Source of the DNA: an uncultured Methanosarcinales archaeon
GTDB taxonomy: Archaea; Nanobdellota; Nanobdellia; Woesearchaeales; GW2011-AR9
DNA: 52,324 bases
Assembly: GCA_964344755.1 (NCBI GenBank)
Contig: CAYFOH010000004.1
Location: forward strand, 1-52,324
Direction of reading: 5' to 3'
Positions 1 to 8,172 of the stretch are shown in pieces. Positions within the stretch are counted from its first letter, which is position 1. Each line of letters opens with the position of its first letter. The translations under genes were made by a program, and so were the position numbers. Under the pieces are notes generated by a model that saw only the letters and a program-made list of their open reading frames with translations, made no database searches and was not told the DNA's origin.

Positions 1-2072
1 ATGTTGCCCCAAATGGCGTCCCAGTCACCAACAAATTCTCTAATCCTTGAAGCCATTCTTTTAAGTATCTCTGAATTTCCGTTCATCAATTCATCAGTAA
101 CTTCTAATTCGTCGGTTTCAGGGTTGTAAACCATCAAATCTACGAAAGCGCCTTCTTTAAGAGGGTCATCTTCCCACTCTTTTCTGACTTCAGTAATTCT
201 AAGAACTCGTTTATATTTCTTCAAACCAGAGATCACTGGGTTAGTTGTTACGATAATATCTATGGCTTTGAAAGAAGTTTTAGGGACCCCAATATCGTTA
301 ACAACACGGTCATAAACACCATAAGGTGAATCGGCGTGGATAGTCCCAGCTACCACGTTAGCTGCTGCACCTACACGCATTGCTTCAAAAAGTGAAATGG
401 CTTCTTTCGAACGAACTTCTCCTACAAACAAAGCTGAATCTCCTAACCTTAAAGTTGAACGTATCCCTACAGAGGCTTCTACTTCAGAACCTGGAGAGGA
501 TAAGGCAGATGCTACTTTAAGAGATTCAATATTATAACCTAAATCACGAAGAGATTCTTGTGGGAGCTCAAAAGTATCTTCTACAGTAATGATTCTATAT
601 TTTCTTAAAATTTCTACTAAAAAAGAACCGAGTAAAGAAGTCTTTCCACTACTTCTAGTTCCAGCTACTAAAATGGTGGCATTATTATCAATTAAAAAGC
701 TTAACAGTCCTGCAGCCAAGTGATTAATGTATCTGATTTTGGGTTGGATATAAAGTGGAAAAGTCCAAGGGTAGTCACGGTGTCTCCTGAATGAAAAAGC
801 AATTCCACTCGGATTTAAAGGTGCAGTGATAGCAGCAACCCTTGAAGAGAAACCAGGAACTTTTAGTTCTGTGTCTAGAATAGGGTTGGCTTCATCTAAG
901 GGCCTTCCAGAGATTAATCTTAACTTTGTAGCCCAACTTTCTACTTCTAAATGGGTTGGATAAATATTTGTGTAACAGTCTCCGTAATCATGGTGAACAA
1001 TAAATAAAGGGAGTTGGCCGTTAGGTGAGTTGACGTTAATATCTTGGATTTTGGGGTCTGATAAAAGAACTTCAATCAAACCGAAACCAACAGAATACCT
1101 TAACAAGGCATTGGCCAATTCGTCTAATTTTTTTTGTGAGAGATTAAGACCCTTGTTTTGTGCTAAATCAACTAATAGGTCTCTCCCTATACTAAAAAAT
1201 ATTTCACGCATTCTTTGTGGATCAACGAATTCTTCTTTAGTTGGCTTATGTTCTGACATAATTCTTTTAGCATCATCAAGCAAGGAGTAGAAGTCTTCAG
1301 TAAACTTGAATTCAGGAGGTGTAAGGTGGTAAAGAATTTTAACATTATCATCGAAACCAAAAATGTTAACTTCTCCTTCTTCCAGGTTAACTTTAAAATT
1401 ATAACTTTCTAATATTTCTCCGTCAGGAAACTCTGTAATTAATTTAGTGTGCATGAAGTCTGGTCGTGTAGATGGTTGGAAAATATTCCCATAGATTTCT
1501 CTTTCACCTACATCATAAGCTTTTGTATGGGGCATTAAGAGTTGTATGATTTTTAATTGTCCAATAACAGAAATAACTTCGTGCAATATTTGCAGATATT
1601 TTTTTTGGCTAGTGGAATGCCTTTGGTCAATGAGATAGTTCAGCTTTTCTTTTTCGTGTCTTTCTAATCTTTTTAGTCTAATAAAAGCGGCCAAAGGATC
1701 TTCTTTTAGTTCCTTAGAAACCAATCTTTGAAATTTAGCGTAACTTCCTTTCACGTATCTTTCATGTAATGGATTGGCAATGATTTGAGCGTGTTTGTAA
1801 CGTTGCTCATGGTTTAATTTCTGGTAAATATCAGCTAGTTCATTAAGAAGAGTGGTTTGTGAATAGTCATACTCGTATTCTCTAAGTTGGGATATGATTA
1901 CTGTTGTTACTCCTCTATTTTGAATTAGTAGGTCAATAACTTTAGACATGCATAATTTGCTATACTCTATGGATGGTGGAAATGAACAATTTTCTGCATT
2001 AATCTTAAGAACTTTGTTTTCTCCTTCGTGATAAGTCCTGTAATCAAAACATTTTTTAGAGCTATCTTCCAT
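1..2072 (-). CDS. Type II/IV secretion system (VirB11/FlaI/TadA-like) ATPase, 3' end outside the window
   Basis: Absent from the ORF track because it runs off the edge. Manual translation starts MEDSSKKCFDYRTYHEGENK and contains Walker A AGTRSSGKTS, Asp box VEDTFEL, Walker B LFVGEVRSKEA and His box AGTIHADS. Confidence 0.9.
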   Translation of the reverse strand, partial: MEDSSKKCFDYRTYHEGENKVLKINAENCSFPPSIEYSKLCMSKVIDLLIQNRGVTTVIISQLREYEYDYSQTTLLNELADIYQKLNHEQRYKHAQIIANPLHERYVKGSYAKFQRLVSKELKEDPLAAFIRLKRLERHEKEKLNYLIDQRHSTSQKKYLQILHEVISVIGQLKIIQLLMPHTKAYDVGEREIYGNIFQPSTRPDFMHTKLITEFPDGEILESYNFKVNLEEGEVNIFGFDDNVKILYHLTPPEFKFTEDFYSLLDDAKRIMSEHKPTKEEFVDPQRMREIFFSIGRDLLVDLAQNKGLNLSQKKLDELANALLRYSVGFGLIEVLLSDPKIQDINVNSPNGQLPLFIVHHDYGDCYTNIYPTHLEVESWATKLRLISGRPLDEANPILDTELKVPGFSSRVAAITAPLNPSGIAFSFRRHRDYPWTFPLYIQPKIRYINHLAAGLLSFLIDNNATILVAGTRSSGKTSLLGSFLVEILRKYRIITVEDTFELPQESLRDLGYNIESLKVASALSSPGSEVEASVGIRSTLRLGDSALFVGEVRSKEAISLFEAMRVGAAANVVAGTIHADSPYGVYDRVVNDIGVPKTSFKAIDIIVTTNPVISGLKKYKRVLRITEVRKEWEDDPLKEGAFVDLMVYNPETDELEVTDELMNGNSEILKRMASRIREFVGDWDAIWGN

Positions 2073-2158
2073 CTTTTTATCTTTAATATTCAACAAGAGT
2101 ATATTATATTTTCTGTAATCTAAGTAATCTTTAAAAAGATATTAAATATCCTTAATTT

Positions 2159-2524
2159 ATGAATCAGCCAACCCCGCCTACGTTTGACAACTCCAAATTG
2201 TATCTGTGGGTTAAAGGATTAGAGATAAAAGTTAATAATTTATTAAGAGAAGTTGACGTTTTAAAAAATGATCTCATTCGGAAAAATAGAAATTTGTCTT
2301 CAGAAGTAAAATCGTTAAATGAAGAAATCATGGAAATGAAGCGGGAACAGAGTAAAACTTTACAAAAAATGGATTTAATAATTAAAGAACTGAAAATGAC
2401 TGCCGGGATAGAAGAAGTAATGACACTTAAAAGATATGTTGAACTTTGGAATCCGTTAAATTTTGTTACACAAAGAGACCTTGAAAGGATGGTGGAAAAC
2501 AAATTGGGCAAAAAGCATAAATAA
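2159..2524 (+). CDS. Coiled-coil hypothetical protein
   Basis: 121-aa ORF with heptad pattern and C-terminal WNPLNFVT motif; divergent from the ATPase. Confidence 0.75.
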   Translation: MNQPTPPTFDNSKLYLWVKGLEIKVNNLLREVDVLKNDLIRKNRNLSSEVKSLNEEIMEMKREQSKTLQKMDLIIKELKMTAGIEEVMTLKRYVELWNPLNFVTQRDLERMVENKLGKKHK

Positions 2525-2541
2525 CTAAAAGGTGATGATAA

Positions 2542-3060
2542 ATGGATATGAACAATTTAAATTCTGAGATCGAGAAGTTAAGAGGTCAAGGTTTAACAGA
2601 CAATTTTATTGTTGATGAATTGGTTAAGAAAGGCTATCCTGTGGAGCAAGTTAATATGGCCCTGGGGCAAGATGATTTTAATTTTTCGCAGCAACCTTCT
2701 AGTTTTTCGTTACCACAAGCACCGGAGGGTAATTTTGATAGTAGAATTGAAGAAATAGCTGAAGGAATCATTGATGAGAAATGGGATCAATTGATTGTTG
2801 AAGTTAAGAAAATAATTGATTGGAAAGAAAAAGTTGAAGAGCAACAGCAAAAATTGTTAAATGACTTGACTAAATTACAAGAAGATTTTAAAACTTTACA
2901 CCATGGTGTTTTGGGTAAGTTAGAGGATTATGATTCTAGAATGCGAGAAGTTGGGACTGAGCTGAATGCTGTTGGTAAGGTCTTTAAAGATGTTGTGCCA
3001 CAATTTGTAGAAAATGTGAAAGAACTTTCTAGTATTACTGAAAAGGTGAGGAAGAAATGA
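2542..3060 (+). CDS. Coiled-coil protein with small N-terminal helical (GY-type) domain
   Basis: GGTGA SD upstream; IEEIAEGIIDEKW followed by a long heptad region. Confidence 0.8.
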   Translation: MDMNNLNSEIEKLRGQGLTDNFIVDELVKKGYPVEQVNMALGQDDFNFSQQPSSFSLPQAPEGNFDSRIEEIAEGIIDEKWDQLIVEVKKIIDWKEKVEEQQQKLLNDLTKLQEDFKTLHHGVLGKLEDYDSRMREVGTELNAVGKVFKDVVPQFVENVKELSSITEKVRKK

Positions 3061-3347
3061 TATCAAATTATGAAAGATTAAGAAATTTAGGTTATGGTAG
3101 AGTTCATTCATTGACCCAAGTGGTCGTTAGAAATTTAATTCCTTTTCCTTATTCGATAGTAGAATTTAAAATTGATGAAGATTTGAGTCGTTTGGAAAAC
3201 TTAGTCAATAGAACGGGCATGGAAAAACAGATTAACTATTTAACTAACTATCTGGATAAGCAGGCTTCTGTTCAAGATGGAAGATGGTCTACCAAACAAA
3301 AAGAGAGATACAACGTTGTTCTTAAAAAACTAGAAAGAAAAAACTAA
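3057..3347 (+). CDS. Hypothetical protein
   Basis: ATGA overlap with the upstream stop; 96 aa; no recognisable motif. Confidence 0.55.
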   Translation: MISNYERLRNLGYGRVHSLTQVVVRNLIPFPYSIVEFKIDEDLSRLENLVNRTGMEKQINYLTNYLDKQASVQDGRWSTKQKERYNVVLKKLERKN

Positions 3348-3904
3348 GAAGCTTTCCCACAAATAAGCAACACGGCAAAGAAAGCGACTCCAAATAAAAC
3401 GAGAATTCCTAATACTTTTGGATGGATTAAAGTAGCTAAGATGTTCTGACCAAAACTGGTTCCTGCTACGCTTAATTCTCCTGGTTGGGCTACTACTTCT
3501 CCAGAACCTTCTACTAATAATGATTGACCTAAAACTGTAGCTGCTGACCCTATAGCAATAGTTACGGCCACTGAAAGGATAGCCCAGAAGATTGCTGGAT
3601 TATTTTTAACAACACTTCCAATATCTTTTTCTTCAGTTCCTAGGACCATAAAAATCAGAACTAATAAAAGGAAAAAGATAATTGCTACAACAAACCAAGG
3701 GATCATGGTGTTAATGATTTCCACTAAAGTTCTGGAAAGAATTACCATAAAGGCAATGGCTACAGAAATGATGGCATTGACTGCTAAAGAATCACCTATG
3801 ATTTTTATTTTTTGTAGTAAGGCAAACATAACAGCAAAAACAAAGATGAAAGCAAATACTACATCAAACGATTGTAATATGCCCACATCTAAAAAAGTTG
3901 CCAT
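3344..3904 (-). CDS. Multi-pass membrane protein (paralog 3 of a tandem triplet)
   Basis: About 5 hydrophobic helices; FDVVFAFIFVFAVMFALLQK resembles the two neighbours. Confidence 0.8.
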   Translation of the reverse strand: MATFLDVGILQSFDVVFAFIFVFAVMFALLQKIKIIGDSLAVNAIISVAIAFMVILSRTLVEIINTMIPWFVVAIIFFLLLVLIFMVLGTEEKDIGSVVKNNPAIFWAILSVAVTIAIGSAATVLGQSLLVEGSGEVVAQPGELSVAGTSFGQNILATLIHPKVLGILVLFGVAFFAVLLICGKAS

Positions 3905-3907
3905 GTT

Positions 3908-4483
3908 CTAATTACCTTTTCTTGCTATTTTAGATAGCCATTCACCGGCAGTTTCGAGGGCGCCTTTAACTGAACCTGATCCTGGTTCTTTAGTCATAAA
4001 CCAGATTACACCACCGAAGACGAGTATAATAATAATTAGGTTAGTAACTTCTTCCGACCACCAACTGAATGTTGTGTATGGTCCTTGCCAAAATCCTAAT
4101 GAAGATCCAAAGATGTAAGCAACAAAAGCAATGGCTACTATAGCGATAATTGGAGCCATGCTTTCAGTGATTTCTGTTCCGAAAAGTCCTAGTAGGATGA
4201 ACAACATTAGGACTGCTACTGCTACAAGGGCAACACTAGGTAAGGCTTCGTTAAGAACCTGAACGGGGTCATAACCTAAAGGATAATTTCCAACCACGTG
4301 TGGAATTACAAATAATAAACCGATAGTTAAAGCTAAAACTACCCTAAATCTTTTATCGTCTTTAATTAAGGGTAATTTTGAAGATACTGCATAAATTATA
4401 GTGAATACTAGTAAAAACGGTAAAAGAAAATCTAGCACCCCGTATTCTTGTAAGTAAAAAACTAAACTGTCAAATGTTGCCAT
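3908..4483 (-). CDS. Multi-pass membrane protein (paralog 2)
   Basis: Start reassigned to MATFD (4483), which follows a GGAGGT SD; motif GVLDFLLPFLLVFTIIYAV. Confidence 0.8.
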   Translation of the reverse strand: MATFDSLVFYLQEYGVLDFLLPFLLVFTIIYAVSSKLPLIKDDKRFRVVLALTIGLLFVIPHVVGNYPLGYDPVQVLNEALPSVALVAVAVLMLFILLGLFGTEITESMAPIIAIVAIAFVAYIFGSSLGFWQGPYTTFSWWSEEVTNLIIIILVFGGVIWFMTKEPGSGSVKGALETAGEWLSKIARKGN

Positions 4484-4499
4484 CTTGTGACCTCCTGTT

Positions 4500-5072
4500 T
4501 CATTCTTTTTTGCTTTCCTCCTTTTTTTTGCGAGGGTCCCGTACAATAAGGAAGATGAAAATAATTACAATAACTAATAGTACTATGGAAGCAATTGCTT
4601 CTGGACTAATAATTAAAGGTGCTTCAAAGATAAAATCAATGATGGCTTGGAGCCAGCCAAGACTGTTAAGAAAAATAATTGAAATCCCGAAAAACATTAG
4701 AAACATAAAGAAAGTGACCCATCCGGGAGATTTTTCTAGGCTGAATTGTTTATCTTCATAGAAAACACCAACCAGTAATAGGAAACAGATTGCTAATAAT
4801 AAGAGAAGAACAACATTGGCCATGACTTCGTTGATGACTGCTACGAGATTTGTAGAGGCTACAACTAAGAAAGCAACGACAAAAGCAGTGATACTGTTAA
4901 TATTTTTTTTACTTAACTCTTCTCCTCCTACTTTCTCTACTCCAAAAATTTTGGTCTTTTCTAGAATCGCAAAAACAATAGTAAAGACGAGGATAAAAGG
5001 GAGAAGAACATTGTATACACCTAGGTCTCCTAGGAAAGTAATTGCTCCTCTAAAAAAACTCTCTTGTGCCAT
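4500..5072 (-). CDS. Multi-pass membrane protein (paralog 1)
   Basis: Motif GVYNVLLPFILVFTIVFAILEKTKIFG; about 5 TM helices. Confidence 0.8.
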   Translation of the reverse strand: MAQESFFRGAITFLGDLGVYNVLLPFILVFTIVFAILEKTKIFGVEKVGGEELSKKNINSITAFVVAFLVVASTNLVAVINEVMANVVLLLLLAICFLLLVGVFYEDKQFSLEKSPGWVTFFMFLMFFGISIIFLNSLGWLQAIIDFIFEAPLIISPEAIASIVLLVIVIIFIFLIVRDPRKKKEESKKE

Positions 5073-5169
5073 CTATTTTATCGCCTCGTTTTTAGGGTTA
5101 ATTAAAAGAACATGATATATAAATGTTTCTTTTAGCCAAAAAGCGAAGATTTTAAATAGAAGCCTAATT

Positions 5170-6609
5170 TTGGTTTTTCTTGAGGTGGAACACTTGAGGG
5201 GAAAGTTTCTATTATTTTTGGTACTCTTGATTTTTGTATTTTCAAGTTTGGCTTGGGCTGAATCTTCGGTCCTTTTAACAGCAGTTAAGAATGAGATCAG
5301 TCCTTCGGAAGGGGCTGTTTTTGATTTGAAGATTACTAACCAGAATTCTTTGACTCAGCGGTACAGTATCTTCTCTTTAAGAAGTGGTATTGGTTGGGCA
5401 GTTGATCCTTCACCTTTAAAGGATAGAATAGTGGAGTTGCGTCCGGGGGCGAGTTATACAACTCAGATAGTGGCTAGGCCTTTAGAAGATTTTCCTCCTG
5501 GAATTTATACCATGTCAATTTCTATTGAAAGCGATTTAGGGGAAAGTTATACTCGCAACTTAAAAGTTTACTTGCGTGATGATAAGCCATTGGATTATCT
5601 TCCTTCAATCAAGGCGGAGTTAGATATGGATGAAAAAATCACTCCTGGTGAACCTCTGTCTATTAAATTATTTTTAGATAATAGAAACCCTTTGGATTTA
5701 AAGGATTTGGTAGTTAGAATTGAAAGTGAAATCCCTGAGTTTAGGAAAGAAGTTCATATTGATTTACCTCCGTTAGAAAGAAAGACTGTTGAGTTTTCTA
5801 TTACTACTAGTAAATTCCAACAACCTAAAGATTACTATCTGTTTTTTGTTTTTGAAAAAGAGGGACAAACTGTTAAAGTTATTAATCAGAAAGTAGAAGT
5901 TGTTTCCCTTCTCCCTAAATTTAATCTGAAAATAAGTGAAGATAGTACCTTCTTTAAAACTACAACTGTAGTTGATATTAACAACGATGGAAATGTTTTG
6001 AATACGCAAGAAGTGGCAATACCTGTTTCTTTTTGGAAGGCTTTATTTTCTAGTGATGTTAACACGAAAAAAATTGATGGTGTAAGGAGTTTGGTTTGGG
6101 AAGTTGCTTTAGCTCCGGATGAAACAACTCAAGTGATGTACGTTACAAATTATCGGATTCTGTTTTATATCTTGCTTGTTATCTTCATATTTTTTGCTTT
6201 TTATCAATATGTCAAATCAGCTATTGTACTGAATAAGGCGGCGGTAACAACTAAAAGCTCTGATGAGGCTTTATCTGAAATAAAGGTTAAACTAGAGGTT
6301 AGAAATCGTTCCAGGTATCATTTAAATTCCGTAGCTATTGTGGATTACATTCCTGGTATTGCTAATATTAAGAAAAGTTTAGAGATAGGAACAGTAAAAC
6401 CAAAAGAGATTAAAAATACACGCAAAGGAACTAAAGTAATTTGGTCTTTAGCGGAATTAGAACCACAAGAACACCGTATTATTACTTACAAAATAAAAGC
6501 TAAACTTAACATAGTTGGTACATTTAGTTTGCCGCGGGCTACGGCCTCTTACAAAAAAGGTAATAAGCCGGGGAAAGCCTATTCTAATACTTTTAGACTA
6601 GGTAATTGA
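5170..6609 (+). CDS. Secreted Ig-like beta-sandwich protein with internal TM helix and C-terminal DUF11-like domain
   Basis: Signal peptide ending SLAWA, beta-rich repeats, TM helix ILFYILLVIFIFFAFY. Start codon uncertain. Confidence 0.7.
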   Translation: MVFLEVEHLRGKFLLFLVLLIFVFSSLAWAESSVLLTAVKNEISPSEGAVFDLKITNQNSLTQRYSIFSLRSGIGWAVDPSPLKDRIVELRPGASYTTQIVARPLEDFPPGIYTMSISIESDLGESYTRNLKVYLRDDKPLDYLPSIKAELDMDEKITPGEPLSIKLFLDNRNPLDLKDLVVRIESEIPEFRKEVHIDLPPLERKTVEFSITTSKFQQPKDYYLFFVFEKEGQTVKVINQKVEVVSLLPKFNLKISEDSTFFKTTTVVDINNDGNVLNTQEVAIPVSFWKALFSSDVNTKKIDGVRSLVWEVALAPDETTQVMYVTNYRILFYILLVIFIFFAFYQYVKSAIVLNKAAVTTKSSDEALSEIKVKLEVRNRSRYHLNSVAIVDYIPGIANIKKSLEIGTVKPKEIKNTRKGTKVIWSLAELEPQEHRIITYKIKAKLNIVGTFSLPRATASYKKGNKPGKAYSNTFRLGN

Positions 6610-6676
6610 TCCTGTGTTATGGATAATAAAAACATTTATATAGGAGTGATCCTATCCTAAAAACAGTTTTGAGGGT

Positions 6677-7072
6677 GTGAACATGAAAGATTTTTTATTA
6701 AGATTAAGAGAAAAATTTACTCCACCAGAGGAGGAAGAGGAGATGTTGCCTCAGTCAGATGACTACGTAGAAGTGGGTGCTGCTGAGCAAGTTAAAGAAG
6801 ATAAAGCCAAGGTTAGGGTACGTCCTTTTGTTATGGAAGAGTTTGAAGATATCAAAGAAATTCTTGACGTGTTACGTGAAGGTTCTACTATTGCTTTAAT
6901 TAATATCAGGCCCTTAAAAGATAAAGATCTGGTAGAATTGAAAAGAGCTGTTTCTAAGTTAAGAAAGACTTGTGAAGCTATTGAGGGGGACATTGCTGGT
7001 TTTGGAGAAGATTACGTTGTAGCTGTGCCTTACTTTGCTCGTATTCACAGAAATTCTACGGTTCAAGGGTGA
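6677..7072 (+). CDS. sepF: Cell division protein SepF
   Basis: DIKEILDVLREGSTIALINIRPL...LKRAVSKLRKTCEAIEGDIAG matches archaeal SepF. Confidence 0.85.
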   Translation: MNMKDFLLRLREKFTPPEEEEEMLPQSDDYVEVGAAEQVKEDKAKVRVRPFVMEEFEDIKEILDVLREGSTIALINIRPLKDKDLVELKRAVSKLRKTCEAIEGDIAGFGEDYVVAVPYFARIHRNSTVQG

Positions 7073-7137
7073 TTTTATTTCTATTCTTTTTATATGCAAA
7101 ACATTTAAATAAGTGCTCTTTGTGTGAAGACTATTTT

Positions 7138-7291
7138 GCCACCGTCGCTTAATCTGGTATAGCGCTAGCCTGCTAAGCTGGTTTCCGTATGGATATCTGG
7201 GTTCAAACAAGTGTCACGCCACTTGAGAGGCGAAGGGTTCGTTTAACTCACCCCAAGAATAGTGATACTTCTGAAAGTCCCAGCGGTGGCG
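7138..7291 (+). tRNA. tRNA-Ser(GCT) with 70-nt T-loop intron (position 59/60; 7208-7277)
   Basis: Acceptor GCCACCG/CGGTGGC, anticodon arm CTAGC-CTGCTAA-GCTGG, long variable arm, T-stem CTGGG/CCCAG. BHB helix TTCA/TGAA with bulges AAC and AGT. Confidence 0.9.
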
Positions 7292-7295
7292 CTTT

Positions 7296-7715
7296 TTATT
7301 TTTCTTTAAGGAAAGAAAGAATTTCTTTTTTAAATTCAATGAAATTTCTTTGGTTGGTTTTGGCGTTTTCATATACTAAAGAATCATCTATCTGGACATA
7401 ATGGTGGATTAGAACATTTCTAAACTTTTTCATCTCGATTAGCTTTAAAGACATTTCTTCTGAGATAATTTGTTTTTTCTCTAATTTGCTAAAGAGGCCT
7501 TCTTCTTCATCGGGTAAACCTAATTTTTCATATTTAACTATTAATTGTGAGATGTCTATACATATTTCAATTAAAAGCTGTAATGTCCTCTCACAAAATC
7601 TTCTTTTTTCAACATTTTTCTGATAATCTTTGAGATTCTTTGGCAAGTGTTCTTTTAACTCTTTTAAGTAGTTTTCAAGACGATCCAGTAAGGACAAGAT
7701 TCTTTTTTTATCCAT
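7296..7715 (-). CDS. HEPN (DUF86/HepT) RNase toxin
   Basis: R-x4-H motif FRNVLIHHY; ERTLQLLIEICIDI; overlaps the MNT gene. Confidence 0.9.
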   Translation of the reverse strand: MDKKRILSLLDRLENYLKELKEHLPKNLKDYQKNVEKRRFCERTLQLLIEICIDISQLIVKYEKLGLPDEEEGLFSKLEKKQIISEEMSLKLIEMKKFRNVLIHHYVQIDDSLVYENAKTNQRNFIEFKKEILSFLKEK

Positions 7716-8085
7716 GGGCAACCATCTCTAAATAATCTTCATAAATATACTTAAAATGGGAATAATCTCTTAATGTTTTAAAATAAAGGTCATAGAGTGA
7801 ATCTTCATTTTTGCAATAAAGTACTTTGGCGTCTTTAAGGATTCTTTTTTTTATGTACAGGGGAAGTTGTTGGAATACTTGTACATCATATTTTTTGTTC
7901 TCTGAAGCGTAGTTTATTTTTTTTTTGGAGAGAGCTAAATCAGGGTAGTCTTTTGGTTGAAGGAAAAGGCAGATGTCGATGTCGTTGTAAGGTTCCTTTC
8001 TAGCATAACTTCCAAAAATAGCTACGGCTAAGATTGTTTTGTCTTTTTTAGCTTTTCTTATTGTTGCTTCAATGAATTTTTCCAT
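7708..8085 (-). CDS. Minimal nucleotidyltransferase (MntA) antitoxin
   Basis: FGSYAR...DIDI pol-beta-type motif, directly upstream of the HEPN gene. Confidence 0.9.
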   Translation of the reverse strand: MEKFIEATIRKAKKDKTILAVAIFGSYARKEPYNDIDICLFLQPKDYPDLALSKKKINYASENKKYDVQVFQQLPLYIKKRILKDAKVLYCKNEDSLYDLYFKTLRDYSHFKYIYEDYLEMVAHG

Positions 8086-8172
8086 TTGGTAGTAAATAAT
8101 TTTGTTTAATATAAACTTTTGGGAAAACGTAACATATATAAAGCAAGAAATATTCTTTTTCTCTTAAAAAAG

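Noticed and set aside
1030..1290. Short ORF on + and the many similar antisense ORFs in the track (e.g. 2164-2511, 10547-10930, 47623-47976, 49107-49535)
   Set aside because: Shadow frames opposite well-supported genes.
7189..7401. ORFs overlapping tRNA genes (also 6959-7210, 28975-29178, 29000-29191)
   Set aside because: Explained by intron-containing tRNA-Ser and tRNA-Arg.
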